Positions 12,314 through 26,439 are shown, counted from the stretch's first letter. The stretch is DNA of 64,000 nucleotides from Prorocentrum cordatum (GCA_963575745.1 CAUYUJ010000053.1:1-64000); one strand, 5' to 3'. Translations and numbers: made by a program. Notes: generated by a model not told the origin, from the sequence alone.

Positions 12314-14526
12314 GCATCAGCATCAGCATCATCATCATCACCATCATTATCATCACCATCATCATCACCATCATCATCATCATCATCATCACCGCCATCA
12401 TCATCAACAGCATCTTTTCAGCAGCATCATCATCGGCAGCATCATCATCGTCATCGTCATCGTCATCGTCATCATTATTATTATCATCATCATCATCATC
12501 ATCATTATCATCATCATCATCACCATCGTCATCGTCATCGTCATTGCCATCGTCAGATCTCGGCACCGTGCTGTATTCATTGCAGACACCAGGATGCCGC
12601 AAGTCTGCGGATTTTGGATCCTCGCCTGTTCCGCCCCACCGAAATCCACAACGCATCCAGCGCGGTGAGGCGCCCGTTTGTATGCTCGCCCACTGGCGAG
12701 GGGCTGGTCGGGGGTCCAGTGATGTCGTTCCTTTTCGAGCTTCTTCTCTTTCCTTCTTCTTCATCTTCTTCTTCTTTTTCCCCTTGGACCCTCGCTGCAT
12801 CACTGTCGTCAGCACGCTGTCCATCTGGCAGCATTCGACAGCCGGCTCCCAGCAGAGCCGGTGGGGGTCTGCCGTCTGGCGGGTCCGGACCTCTGGCCGG
12901 TTGCCCTTCTCCGATCCGCGGGCCCCAGAGCTCTCGCGCCCATCCCCTGTGGCCGGTTCATGCTCCCGAATCGCTGTCAGCCAGGAGGGACGGAAACACA
13001 CAGACACAATTCATCGTCGATTCCCCGGAAAATAAAGGAAAACATGCGAAGTGGGAGGGAAGACAGAAACCCAGAAAATATGGTAAACAATAGGGGACGC
13101 CTGTTATGTTGTGTGTATTTGTCTGTGTGTTTGTGGGCCCCTTCAGTCAGATCATCAGATGGGCCCGCCCCGAGGCCCGAAGTCGGCCCTCAGGTGGGTC
13201 GAGATACGGGATGACGCCGCGATTGAGCAAGCTCAGTTCGCCAAGTGCTTCGGCGGCCTTGAGATCCGAAGGCGCGAATACCTTACAGCATCGTGGCAAA
13301 CCACGGCCGGAGCCCTCGATCCCGTCGATCCCACCTGTCTACGGCCGCCCTCGAGCCGGGTCGCTGCGCATGGTCCCCAGGGGCCCGGCATCGGGCGAGA
13401 ACCCCCGGTGCGAGAAAACTGCGACGCACAGATCTCGGGGGCGGCATAGAGGGGGGGGGGATGACTAGGGGGGGGGATATCATTCCGAGCACAGTATTAT
13501 ATGACTACCACCACCAAGATCGAGAATAATCTACGGGCGGTGGTGGTGTGTAAAAATTGGCCTCGTAATCATGGCGGGGGCCACGATCTCCCCCCAGATG
13601 TCATGGCGCCTCCTCTTACTTCACTATGTCCCCGGCCCCTCCCCGTGGCCCGCGCGCGTGCCGCCGCGCACGTGCCCCCCCCCCCCCCCCTCCTCTTCCT
13701 CCTTCCTCCTCCTCCTCCTCCTCCTCCTCCTCCTCCTCCTCCTCTCCTCCTCCTCCTCCCCCTCCCCCCCCTCCTCCTCCTCTCCTCCTCCTCTCCTCCT
13801 CCTCCTCCTCCTCCCTCCTCCCTCCTCCTCCTCCTCCTCCTCCCCTCCTCCCCCTCTCCCCCTTCTCCTCTCCTCCCCCTCTCCTCCTCCTCCTCCTCCT
13901 CCTCCTCCTCCTCCTCCTCCTCCTCCTCCTCCTCCTTCTCCTCCTCCCCCTCCTCCTCCCCCTCCTCTCCTCTCCTCCTCCTCCTCCTCCTCTTCCTCCT
14001 CCTCCTCCTCCTCCTCCTAGGGTATGTTCACTCCTCCTCCTCCTCCTCCTCCTCCTCCTCCTCCTCCTCCCTTTCCTCCTCCCTCGGGCACCAGCTACTC
14101 GAATAGAATTCGCAGGGGCCTCTCCCCGAAGCCAGGGAAACCCTGGCCCATCTCACCCCGTGCTGAAGGGAGGGAGTTTTTGGCGGGGCAGGGAGTGGCC
14201 GATCCCTTCCGTAGGAGTCCCTCTAAGAAGACCCTTAAAGCAAGTATGCTGTGGGCCACCCCCACAGGGGGGTGTTGTTAGCCAGCTGTGTCAGCGATGC
14301 TGACTGGCACCGACCCGATCTCCCGATCTCCTCCTCCTCCTCCTCCTCCTCTTCGTCGTCCTCCTCCTCCTCTTCGTCGTCCTCCTCCTCCTCCTCTTCG
14401 TCGTCCTCCTCCTCCTCCTCTTCGTCGTCCTCCTCCTCCTCCACCTCCTACCCCCCTCCACCTTCTGGTGGCCGTGGTGGAACACAGGTCCATCACATGG
14501 GGCGCGGCGGCCGGCCACACGCGGAG

Positions 14527-14601
14527 GCCCTCTTCCCCGGCAAGAACCACGTGGACATGATGACGCGGATCTCGCAGGTGCTGGGCTCCCCCGCGGAGCA
14601 G
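14527..14601 (+). CDS. MAP kinase exon: ALFPGKNHVDMMTRISQVLGSPAEQ, subdomain X
   Basis: LFPG...I..VLGSP CMGC/MAPK motif; AG|G acceptor, CAG|GA donor. Confidence 0.9.
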
Positions 14602-16045
14602 GAGCGCTCGGTCCGCGCCGCGGCCTGGCGCGCGTGCGCGGGCCTTCTCGGCGGGGGCGAGCCTGCTCGTCCCAGGCCGCCGACGTCGAGCACTTTGCGG
14701 CATCGTTTAACCAATCCCTATCCCCATGCCCATCCCCCTGGGGACCCCCACCAGATTACCGCCCCACTTGGGGAGACACCCCTCGAGACCCGAAGGGGAC
14801 GACCTATGTCCCCATCTAGGGGGGTAGATCGGCCAGCGAACGGGGCCCAGGCCACGCCGCTGGGGATGGGGATCGGTTAAACGATATTCAGGTTTCCAGA
14901 CGTGGCCCCCAGTCGGCTACACGTAAGAGTGACCCTCGGCCAGAGTGACCTTTAGTGTTGGCCCTAATGGGGTCGGACAGATTTTCTTGAGGAGTGCGCT
15001 CGGCCTCGTGTCGGCGCACGCTGCACCAGTCTGCGATCGCATCAGAACCCGCTTGATTCAGGGTGCTCTCTGGAAGGGGTCGAGAGGTCTGGGCCAGACC
15101 TCTCTCGACCCCTTCCAGAGAGCCGTTTTTTATCATGTCCCGGGTCGTTCTCTGTTGGCGGCCCGAGGCGGACCCTTGGAGGCAGAAGGTTCAGGAGGCG
15201 TGCCGTCAGGGCCCGAGGCTCTCCTCCGGTGTTTTTTTGGGGGATTCGGCCTCCTCGGGAGGCGTCCTGGCCTGATCATCCGTATCCTGGGAGCCTCTTG
15301 GCGCCTCGTGGTGGGGCCTTCTTGGGGGCTGGTGGATGATTCTTGAGACAGAGCTGAACCATCTTGGCGGCCGTGATTGCCTTCCTGGGCCGTTCTGGGG
15401 TTTCTTGGGCAGCTTAGGATCTGATCTGCGCATCCCCGGCGCAATCATGACCCAGCAGGTTGTCCCGGATGTCAGTCATTATTCCACATATCCAAGACGT
15501 GCGCAGCGCCAACATGTGTTGGCCGCGCGGCGCATGGCAGAGGAAATCGGCAGCGAGCGAGGGGGGGAAGTGAGAAGGAGAAGGAAGGCGGCGGGGCTTC
15601 GCAGAAACCCTCGCGCCTTCTGATCCGTTTTTTTTGTTTGTTTTCGGGGAAGGCTCAGCAAACTTCTCAGAAGGCCGGGGGACTTCCGGACCTTCTGAGA
15701 AGGCCTTGTTCTTCTCAGGTTTACCCTCGAGGAGCTGATCTCCTGGGCCTCCCAGATGGGGTCCGAGCAGGCGGGGTCGGAGGATCCCTCCGCGTCGCCG
15801 ATGCAGAGGCCGGGCTGCTCGATGTGGAGCCCGAGTTTCTCCACGCCGACGCCGCAGAGGCATCGCCGATGCACCGACGATGCGGCGCAGTCCTCCGACC
15901 CCCTCTCCGACCCCCTCTGGGAGGCCTCGGATCGGGTTCGCCCCGCTTCTCCGGCGGAGGCCAGCGTGAGCAGAACAGGGGGTGCGGCTCCGTTGACGGA
16001 AGGCCGGCGGAGGCTGGCGGAAGCAAGGGGTGTCTCGATTCCACG

Positions 16046-16210
16046 TAAGAGTGACCCTTCGCCGGAGTGACCTTTGGTGCGGGCCCACTGGGGTCGCCCG
16101 ATCGCCGAAGGCGATGCGATAGTAGCGTCTTGTGCTCTTGGGGATGGCCCCCCCCGCGGCACCCCCGAAAGCCGCGCACCAAAGGTCACTCTTGCCTACG
16201 GTCACTCTTC
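16046..16210. mobile_element. MITE-like family F (TIR AAGAGTGACC...AGTGACCTTTGGTGCG); copies 53881-54045, about 41061-41422, partial about 14924 and about 62355
   Basis: Doubled AGTGACC motif at the left and GGTCACT at the right in several copies. Confidence 0.7.
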
Positions 16211-16305
16211 CGAGGCGGGAATTCATCCATATCCACCGCCTGGAGGGTCAGTTTGTCGGAGCCTCGGCAGGCGGTGGACATGGACATATTCGGCCCCCCG
16301 GTGGC

Positions 16306-16377
<72 letters not shown>

Positions 16378-16983
16378 GCATACCCACCGCCCGCTGGGGC
16401 ACCAGGACGTCGGTTCCCAGGCGGAGGATCTGGATGAATTCCCGCCTCGCAGCTCTGACGTGTAGCCGAGTGTCCGAGGCCCCGCCCGCCTGTGCCCTGT
16501 CTCCCCAATGAGAGCTGTGCGCAGCCCGCTTAGCTTTCGTCGGAAGAGGTCCGCTCTCGCCCCGCAGACCAAAAAAGTGTAGCCGAGTGCCCCCCAATCA
16601 GAGCTGTTCCGGGGGCTGCCGGGGGCGGCCCCTGCGGGCGTGCGGCAGCGGGTCGATGTGCACCACCCCCGGGGGTCTCTTGGAGCCAGCGGTCGGGAGG
16701 AAGAGCGTTCTGGGTTCCGGCCAGGTCTGGGGCCCTTCCTCCTCCTCCTCCTCCTCCTCCTCCTCCTCCCTCCTCCTCCTCCTCCTCCTCTCCTTTCCTC
16801 CTCCTCCTCCTCCTCCTTCTCCTCCTCCCTTTCCTCCTCCTCCTCCTCCTCCTCCTCCTCCTCCTCCCCCTCCTCCTCCGCCTCCTCCTCCAGAGGCACT
16901 CGCGTCCCCCGCTGTCGACTCCTCGAATGACGCCGACGTCGAGCGTGCCTCCCCGCGCGCATGTCGTGCGCTGGGTGACGCAG

Positions 16984-17034
16984 GAGTTGAATTGGCTGCC
17001 CAAGACTACCGACGCGTATAACTTCATGCGCAAG
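16984..17034 (+). CDS. MAP kinase exon: ELNWLPKTTDAYNFMRK (MAPK insert)
   Basis: Phase 0 at both ends; GCAG|GAG at both ends of the preceding intron; AAG|GC donor; fits the MAPK insert position. Confidence 0.8.
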
Positions 17035-17719
17035 GCCCTACATCCCAACGCACGTATGCCACATGCTTCTGAACACTGCTTCGAGTATGCCTCCTCTGCG
17101 CTCCTTCCTCAGTTTTTTCCCAGCGATCTGCGTTTCCATATTTTCAGGGGCCAGATTTGATACCAGGAGTGGCTTCCTCTTCCTCTCTCACACTCGGTTT
17201 CACTATTGCCCTGGACGTCGTTCTTTCGGTATGTCTGTATATCTCCAGCTATGACCTTATCCATCCATGTCCTACACATGTCCCCAATCGCCCCTGGTCC
17301 CACTTCAGTGCCTCTCTCTCTATGTTTTCTCTCTCTCTCTCTCGACGTATTGTTAGATGCATGAATATGTATATAGTGCTGGGTTGTCCCTGTGAGCTCA
17401 AGGCGATTTCAATGAACAGTGTCACCCGTGCACCTTTGATAACCGTGTCTATATATATATATACATACATATATATACATATGTATATACATGATATGTA
17501 TGTATGTGTGTATAGTTGTTGTGTTATTACTGTGCCCCTCTGCAAATTATTGTGGATGTTGGTTCTACGAACCTCTCGCATATGTAGTACAGGAGGTACG
17601 TGTTGGGAAGGCCTTACGGCTGGTGTCGCCGACCCTGAAGGCAGACGACGACCACGACGGCGGCGTCAGCGGCGACGACGACGCTGACATGGGGCAGAGT
17701 CCTCAGTGATGCGTCGCGG

Positions 17720-18270
17720 GGCCTCTTCGGAGCGCGCTCGTAGGCCTCTGGGGGGCAGTTTGGGGGCCTCTTGGGAGCCTCTTGGGGGTCCCTTCGGGCT
17801 TTCTGGGGGCCCCTTGGAGGCCTCTGGGGGCCTCGTGGGGGCCTCTTGGGGGCCTCTAGGGGCCGGCTCGAAATATGCGTTCGGGCTCCCGTGTAGCAGC
17901 TTCTTGGAGGGGGCCTCTTGGGCCGTCTGGGAGAAAGATGGGCGTCTTGGGGCCCTCTTGGGTCGTTTTGGGGCCGCCTTGGAAACCTATATGGGGGCCT
18001 CGTGTGCCCGTCTTGGTGGCATCTTGGGCCGTCTTGGGGCGTCGGGAAGCCGAAGAGGCGAGAGAGCCAGAAGCTGGCAGACACCAACACAGTCACTCAT
18101 TCTGCCTGTTGGGGCCCTCTTGGTGTGCTCTTGGAGGCTTCTTCGAGCGTCTTGGCCGCTTGGGCTGTCAGGAGGCCATCGTTGGCGTCTTGGACCGATT
18201 GTTCGGCGTTTCGGGGCCCTCTTGGACCGTCTTAGGGGCCTCTTGGGCAGTCTTGGGGCGGTCCCAAGAT
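17720..18270. repeat. GGGGCCTCTTGG-rich dispersed repeat; related tracts about 6570-6920, 11110-11700, 15240-15420, 48640-48930 (inverted)
   Basis: Shared TCTTGGG(C/G) periodic motif and GCGTCGGGAAGCC core. Confidence 0.7.
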
Positions 18271-18524
18271 TTGCCTGGGAAGGGTGGTATTCTGACCCAG
18301 GACCCCCCCGGGACTCCCCCTCCAGGACCCCCCTCGTGACCCCCTCCACTTTCCCCCCGGGACCGCCACCCCCCCCCGCCCTTCTGGGAGGAAGGGATGA
18401 CGTTGCTGAATTTCGCTTTGGTTTCGCTCTGGCTGGCTCGCTTGAGGAGAAGGGCGCAGTGAAAGGGGGGGGGGAGCGCGACGAGCCCAGGGAAAGGGGG
18501 GTCAACCGCACCGCGACGGCGACC

Positions 18525-18604
<80 letters not shown>

Positions 18605-21600
18605 TCAAACAGAACCGCGTCTTCCACACGCCGACACGATCGGTGGACTTGTCGTTTTGAGTTTGCTCCAGTTTAGTTGGTAGCGCAGGAGGATCGAGGT
18701 CATACATAACACCAATTCCCTTACTCAGACAGTCGCGTTTCATATCATACGTGTCTTGCCGAAGCATCTGTTCGCCTGACGCATCATTCCCATACCATTT
18801 GCAGTACTGTATACTGTATTGATATGCCTTGTTTGGGTATGGTGTCAGCTAGGCTCGCCATTCTAGTGGTTGCCTGGACGAAGTCGACAGAAGCTCGAGT
18901 ATATGTTCAATTAGTTGCGCGCTTGATCCGCTACGTTCTCATGCATTGAGGTTCCAGATGGTTCGTCAGCCTGGTCTTTTTGAAATTTGTTGTCTTGCCC
19001 GCTCCAGTACGTGTGGCTCATGCTGATATTGTCCGCTGGTGCACGCATCTGTCTATTTCACTCGCACTCGTTAGCATGCATGAATATCGACTCCCCTGTC
19101 CTTCGTTGTGTACTGTGTTTGCCCCCTCGTGATTGCTGTGGACTGGTGTGCCCCAGCTTCCCTCTCCCCTTGGGCGGACCCGTGGTGAGTTTTTTGTTGT
19201 TGAGCCTCCCCCACTCGTCTTGCCCTGTGTGGGCCCCGGAAACGGCAGAGCCGTTTTTTCACCGTTTCTAAAAAATGTCCCTTGAAAATGGAAACGGCAA
19301 AAAAACGGCGACCAGAAACGGCAAAGAAACGGTTCCAGGATTGGAACCGGAGCTGGATCCGGTAAAAAAACGGCGACGGAACCGGTGATAAAACGGCGTC
19401 GGAACCGGCAAAAAACCGGCAAAACGGAACGGGTAAAAAAACGGCCCTGTCGTTTCCAGGGCCCACTAAGGTCTTGCCCCGCCCCGCGTGTTTGCCGCTG
19501 CTGCTGCGAGGCCAGAGGAGATGCGACGGTGGGGGCGTGCGTCGAGGCATGTGCCCGGGAGGCTTCGGATCCCGGAGGAGCCCTTTTTTCCGGATGGCTG
19601 CGGCGGTGATGCCCATGGCCCGTCCACGATTGGAGCTCCACTGACTTCCAGACCCTGGATTCCTGTTCTTCGGTAGCAAATCGATCATCAGCAGTTAAGA
19701 AGTTGGGATTGAGAGAACGTGTGAGAAGCAGCGTTCTGGCAGCCCGAGCAGGGCGCGCTCCGGCGCACGCCGGCCTTCGACCTTCGACCTTCGGTAGCAA
19801 ATCATGGGAGCCTTGTGTACCCTCTTAATTCCGTTTTCAGCGTCGATTCGCGTTTGGCAGTCGATGAGGCAGCGCCGATGTAACGCCGGTGAGCGTCGAC
19901 GTAGCGTCGACAGGCGTCGATTGGCGTCAAGCCAGCAAGATTGTGTGGGAGGCTCTCATGAGTTGCCACCGAACGTATCCAATGGCTCTTTACCTTTTTG
20001 ATGTTCCAACCTATTTTAGCCTTTATCACCAGAAAAGAAGTTCGAGCGCCAGGAAAAAGGACCGAAACTCCAGTGTTTTCACGCGTCAGGCCCTGGGAGA
20101 CACTCGCCCGACACTGCTTCGACACTCTTTCGACATTCTCTCGACACCTCTCCGGGTGCTCGAGATGATTTCTGGGACGTGGTCCTTATTACCGATGGGA
20201 GCAACATAACTTTACAGTGCCGTTTTTAATACATGCTCCGCGTGCGGATCATGTATTAGACATGCAGGGATTTAGTATTAAAGACAACGATGAGTTTTTG
20301 CATACACGTATTCATAATTTTATCATGTATTGAAACATCCTATATTTTTAAACATCCTATGTGTTAAAAACTGCCCTGTAAACCTATGGGGCGCTCGGGC
20401 CGAAGACTGTAACCCTGCTCCAGCTGGCGCGCCCGCTGCAGCGATCGAGCGCCGAGCGGCCGCCCCCCTGGCGTCGCCCCGCGCCGTGCTCTTGGCGGGC
20501 TTCTCTCCCGCGGGGCCACCTCGTCGCCACCGCTGGTCGGGTATGGCCAGGACCCCGGGTAAGGGGACCCGGTTAGTGGTAGGGCCCTGGGGCCCTTCAA
20601 TTGGCCAGATTCACTAAACCAGGTTTGCCGTAACTGGCGTTTTTTCGGGTGACGGCAGTTCCGGTTAGTGGAAATGGGACGGGGGGGCGCCCCCGGTACA
20701 GATCACTTAACCAGGTTCCACTAAACCCAGTTCTACCAACGCCCGAGCTGGGCTCGGATCGACACCACGGCCCCGAGAATCCAACTCGGTGGCGAGCGAG
20801 GGGGGAAGCGAGATGGGGAAGGCCCCCTTAGGAGGCGGCGGGACTTCTCAGAAGCCCTCGCGCCGTCCGAGGTTTCTTTTCCTGTGGCGTCCTCGGGGAA
20901 GGCTTGGAAAACTGCTTCTCCCTCGCACTTCCCCCCCCCTCCGCTCGCCGCCGACCAACGGGACCTGGCCGACCGGCACGGGCGAGCCAGGGGCAGCAGT
21001 CACCGGAGGATGGGTTTTTGGCCCCATGGGGGCCGAGAGCCCATCCCGCGCGCGCACGGCGCCTTCCCTGGTGGTGCCGCTGACAGGGTTGCCAAGGTCG
21101 CCGCGAGCCTTGGCAGCCAACCCAACCTCGCTGAAGTAGAGAAGTATCAGTACGACATTACTCTGCTTAAGAAGTACCTTCGACATGTTGCCAAAGCCTT
21201 CGTAGAGTGGCCCGCAATAGCTCCGCGTAGGAACACGGCGCTGGCCAAGCCTGTTAAGAGCCTCTCCCTTCCCGCTGTGGTGCCTGCTCACCGGTGTGGC
21301 GCGTCGCACCTAAAGGGTCCGGCTTGAATAAGGAACACCTGCTGGGCCCGGTCGTTCCTGGGGTTTGCATGAGTTCCGCTGCCTTTTTGGCGGCGGGGCC
21401 CCCTGGCGTTTCTTCAGATGTGCTAGATCCACTTGGGAAAAAGGGGCTCCGTTCCTTATTCATCGCTCCTTAGGACAGGCCGAATACGGTACCACGCGAG
21501 CACTTGAGTGGCATGTGGTTGAGCTCTCCGGGAAGCCGCGATTCTGTGATGCGTGTCGTGGATGCTCTTTCGTCTCTTTTTAAATTGCTTCTGCGCTGCG

Positions 21601-21605
21601 CTCAG

Positions 21606-21655
21606 GTGTGCCCCAAGAGCGACGGGATGTCCCTGGCGGCGCTCTATCCAAGCGC
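21606..21655 (+). CDS. MAP kinase exon: VCPKSDGMSLAALYPS(A)
   Basis: CAG|G acceptor; GC|GT donor; L..LYP.AS pattern preceding subdomain XI; phase 2 join to 36998. Confidence 0.8.
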
Positions 21656-22856
21656 GTCCGAACTGCCAGCGCGCTCACTCTGGCAACCCTCTGAGATTGC
21701 ATGTGCGTTTTTGTTGATTGTCGTACCGTGGCCAGATGGATTTGTTCTGGGTTGCCTGATTTGCGCTACTGGTGATCAGAAGGTTTGCTGTCAGGTGGCC
21801 TCGTCCATGAAGCCCCCCCCCTCTCCAGACCTCCACTGAACAAACGAGGCCGCAACAGTTCATGCGGTTCCGTACGATTAAGACCTCGGAGTCGGCAGCG
21901 TTTAGCTAGCTCGTCCACGGATCATTCGGTGGGCGGCTTGTATTGACTGCAAGGGGGTTCTTATCATGCCATATCGCTCAAGCTACACTTGCCCTTGGCG
22001 TGATGACACAGTTGGGCCGTCACCCGTTAACAATGTGTTGAGTATGTTCAGGCAGTAGTGGGTAAATACCAGTGGTGCGGTGACGTCTGGAGCTGTTTCT
22101 GTCGCGTGGATGTTGGTGTTTGGGTCACATGGTCGAGGGCTGTTCGCTGAAGGCGCATTGCAGTGCACACGGCTGAACTGCGCATCCAGTTAACATTTCC
22201 AGTGCAATTCCCACTGCAGGGTGGCTTGGCTGAAAGCCACCTCAAGGGGAACTTGACGGGTGACACTGCATGGTGGGCTTGTTTTCCACCACCACCAGAA
22301 GTAGGAGGTGGAAGGGGGCCCTCCTGCTCCTCCTCCTGCTCCTCCTGCTCCTCCTGCTCCTCCTCCTCCTCCTCTTCATCCTCCACCTCCTTCCCCCCTC
22401 CAACTTGTGGTGGTGGTGGAAAACAGGCCCATCACTGCACCCTGTGATGACAGGTTAGCCTCTTCGTGCGACCATGCTTGACCGTAATCCTCGCGATCAT
22501 CACACTCCCTCGTCCGCCGACCTCCTCGCCGTGCCGCCGCGCGCGCGCCAGACTGCGCGGATGCGGGGCAGAGGGAGAAGAGAGAGGGGACGAGCATGAG
22601 GAGCACGAGGACGAGGAGGACGAGGAGGTAAAGAGAAGGAGGGAGGGAGTAGGAGGAGTCGAGGAGGATGGAGAGGATATGGGATGGGGAAGGATGGAGG
22701 GATGGGACGAGGGATGGAAGGAGGGAGGAAGAGGAGCAAGCGTATCAGGAGGAGGAGGAGGAGGAGGAGGTGGGGAACGAGGAGAGCAGAAGTCCTGATC
22801 CTTCTCATCCTCATCATCATCACCACCATCACCATCACCATCACCACCAGCATCAC

Positions 22857-22903
<47 letters not shown>

Positions 22904-23318
22904 CCATCACCATCACCATCACCATCACCATCATCACCATCGTCATCATTTATTTTCATCATACTCATTATCATCATCATCATCATCATCATCGTCATCA
23001 TTATCATCACCATCATCATCATCACCATCACCAGTTAGTATCATCACCATCATCCTTACCATCGCCATTTATCATTATCATCATCATCACCATCATCATC
23101 ACCACCGTCATCATCATCGCCCCCCTACAACACTTCCGCTGGCGTCCCCGCGCCGCGGCCGCTGCTCCCCCTTGCCCTGCCACCGACCCCGCGAGGTGCC
23201 GGGGGATTCTCGCACTTCTTAGCCCAGCGCGCGCGCTCGCGGGACTTCGGACGACCTTCGGTTTGGCCCGGTCCGCGACGCTCGAAATTGTGTGTCTGCG
23301 CGCATGCGTGTGTGTGTG

Positions 23319-23388
<70 letters not shown>

Positions 23389-24372
23389 TGTGTGCGTGTG
23401 TGTGCGTGTGTGTGTGTGTGTGTGCGTGTGTGCTTCTACGGGCTCGCCCCAGGAGCCGCGGCCCCTTCCGCTCCGGGTCTCCCGCCCCTCCTCGGGCTGG
23501 CCCAGCAGAGCCTCGGCGCCGCCCCGCTGGCTCCGGGCCACCCTCGCTCTGGTGGGTGGCCCCTTGTAAGGAGCCGCACTCTCTACACCGACGCTTTTTC
23601 CGGCCCCGCACGGAAACTCGCACAGGAGAGTGGAGCCTGGCGTATACGGAATCCTGCTGTGTACTCGTGTCGTTGCCTCCCCGGGAAAGCGGGGAAGCAT
23701 CTAAGCCACACCGCCCCGACGTCGTTCGTCCCCGACCCTCAAGAAAGCCCTGGGACTCAAAAAAACGGCCCGCCACTGGTGGTGTATGTGCTCCTGTCGC
23801 GGACCTTGGCCCGCCCACTGCTTACCAGCCTGGAACATATCCCTATCCCTATGCTGGGCACCTCCTCATCACGATGCCAATCTTAGGGATTCCCTTATTT
23901 TTTGAGGGCGAATCCCCAAGATTGTCATCGCCCTTTGGATAGGGATACGTTCGAGGCTGGTAAACTGCGTCGTGGCCCTCTCTGCCCCGCCCGTGGGCGG
24001 CCCCGCCCGGGGCCCTCCCCTCGCGCCGGCTCTCCGCTGCGTCGCTGCCTCTCCGCTCTCCGCTCGGGCTGCCTGCCGACAGGGCCAGCCTCCGGCGGCG
24101 GCGCTCGACCGCCGGACCCGGCCCTGGGGACCGTTCTACAGAACTTAACCCTAGGCCTCCTAGCAGTAGTCTAGTCCCGCGGCAGGCCCCCCCCTCCTCC
24201 TCCTCCTCCTCCTCCTCCTCCTCCTCCTCCTCCTCCTCCTCCTCCTCCTCCTCCTCCTTTTGCGCTGCTCAGCGCGACGGCGGCGGCATTTTCGGGTTTC
24301 ACCCTGGCTCGGTTTGCGAGCATGGCGCCTGTGTCACCTGGTCCGATGCTGGGGCGCAGGAGAAGAAAAAAA

Positions 24373-24633
24373 AGGCCTCCTAGATGGGGTCGGAGTAGAT
24401 GGGGTCGGAGGATCGCGCCGCATCGCCGATGCACTGGCGATGCCTCGGCGATGCCTCGGCGATGCGGCTCGACGTGGGGCCCAATTTTCTCCACGCCGAC
24501 GTCGCGGATGCATCGCCGACGCCGCCACCGCATCGCCGATGCATCGGCGACGCATCGGCAACACATCGCCGATGTATCGGCGATGCGGCGCGATCCTTCG
24601 ACCCCATCTACTCCGACCCCATCTAGGAGGCCT
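24373..24633. mobile_element. MITE-like family E (about 55-bp TIR AGGCCTCCTAGATGGGGTCGGAG...); diverged copy about 15746-15927
   Basis: Near-perfect inverted termini; interior GCATCGCCGAT repeats. Confidence 0.75.
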
Positions 24634-24891
24634 CTAATAACGAGGGCACCCTGGCCTGGACACTTCCGGGGCTCACTTCGAAGCCTCCGATTCGCTTCGG
24701 TTCGATCTCGAGGGCCTCCGATTCCGGTTCGGTTCGACTGCGGATTCCGATCTGGATTCCGATCCCTCAGTGGAGGCCTGCCAGCCCGCCGATGTCTGCC
24801 GAGCCGACTTCTCCCGGCGTGGCTGCCGATTCCCGCCGAGTCGATGCGTGTCGATCGCCGCTCTCACTTGTGCTGGGTCCTCCTGCCCGTC

Positions 24892-25046
24892 TAGGGGGCC
24901 ACATGCGAACCCTACCCCATACCCCCCACGATTCCTGAGGGGGAGGGTGGGGCTCACTTCGCTCGGGAGCTCCCGAACGACGTGAACCCCACCCTCCCCC
25001 TCAGAACTCGTGGGGGGTAGGGGTAGGGTTCGCATGTGGCCCCCTA
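24892..25046. mobile_element. MITE-like family D (TIR TAGGGGGCCACATGCGAACC); second copy 43398-43522
   Basis: Long TIR, TA ends, two copies. Confidence 0.75.
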
Positions 25047-25675
25047 GAAGGGCAGGGATTTAGTATAAAAAAACAACGATGAGTTCATGATGCATCTATT
25101 TTTAAACTTAATCATGTATTAAACATCCAATATTTTTAAACATCCTATTATTAAAAAACTGCCCTGTGGGGTGGCCAGGCCAGCCCCCCTTGGTGCGGCA
25201 CACGCTGGCGCTCCGCCTCGCAGGCGCGCGGGCGTCGGGGCCCACGCCGGCCTGTGCCGTTTCTCCACGCCCACTCTCTGGCACGTCGGCTCCTGTTGCC
25301 CGCCTGCTGGAGGCCCCTCCCTGGGGCTTCCTCTCGCGCTGGCATCCCGTCGTCGCTGGCTTGGCATCGCTCGGACGTGTGTGTGTGTTTCCTTCGGGGA
25401 GGACCATCGAGGAGCATCCTTGATCATCTGGCGACAAAGCCACGCACGAAACCAACAACAAAAACAGGGAATGGACGTCCGAGCGATGGCCCGCTGGGGC
25501 ATTTTTGCCACTGGCTTGGCTCTCGCCGCTCCTCCGCGCTCCGGCGTCGGCATGCGGCCTATGGCGCGTTTCCGGTGCTCCTGCGCAGGCTCCCGGGGGG
25601 TAGGGGCGTACAGCCCCGCACTCCTTTGTCTGTCGCTAACGGGCCAGCTGCCTGGCTACTATTCAGGAGGGGAAA

Positions 25676-25812
25676 AAACACACAGACACAATTAATCGTC
25701 GATTCCCAGGAAAATATGGGAAAATATGGGAATTGGGGGAGAAGACAAAAACCCAGAAAATATGGGAAAATATGGGGACTGATTTTATTTGTGTGTATTT
25801 ATTTGTGTGTCC
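25676..25812. repeat. Dispersed about 140-bp family G (CACAGACACAATTAATCGTCGATTCCC...TTGTGTGTCC); copies about 8979, 10043, 12993, 44017
   Basis: Five recognisable copies in the same orientation. Confidence 0.75.
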
Positions 25813-26439
25813 TAATTTCCCTTTAACTATACGCCCAGCCTCCAGTCCCCAGCCAGATCGAGGCGTTCCACTGAAGGCCTCGCTTTTCAAGGAACGAAGG
25901 AGTCGTCCTCTCTTCCTCGGCGGAAGGCGGCGGAAGGGCGGCGGAGGCCCGCCGAAGTAGAACGAGGGCGCCTCCGCCCGCGGAAGACCGGCGGAAGCTG
26001 GCAGAAGCAAACGCACAGTTCGCCCCCAAGAGATGGATGGCAACATTTTCGGGTTCAGGGGTTCCGGATCGGCGCAAGTGTATCTGCGCCCTACTGGGGC
26101 CAGGGTGCCTGCGCGGTGCCGCCCTGCTGCGGGTCCTTGGGTCTGGTCTCGCTGCCTGGCGCTCTGGCCCGCCCGCTGCTCTCCTCCTCCTCCTCCTCCT
26201 CCTCCTCCTCCTCCTCCTCCTCCTCCTCCTCCTCCTCCTCCTCCTCCTCCCCTTCCTCTTCCTCCTCCTCCTCCTCCTCCTCCTCCTCCTCCTCCTCCTC
26301 CTCCTCAGGTCGTTGGATCGAGGTTAGGACACAGACCGACCGTACCTCCTGTGCAACTGTACACCAGCGTCTCGCGCCCCCTCACCGGCAGGCCCTAGAG
26401 ACAAAGGGGTCTGCGGGACCCCGATGGTTCTCGTCTTCT

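Noticed and set aside
12037..14450. Poly-His/Ile/Ser/Pro ORFs here and at about 22.4-23.4, 29.2-29.7, 36.6-39.0, 46.5-52.3 and 58-60 kb
   Set aside because: Translations of CAT, CCT, CTA, TG and TATG microsatellites.
21656..21666. Alternative donor CT|GC joined to 37004
   Set aside because: The GC|GT donor joined to 36998 gives a canonical GT, a boundary repeat and a better kinase alignment.
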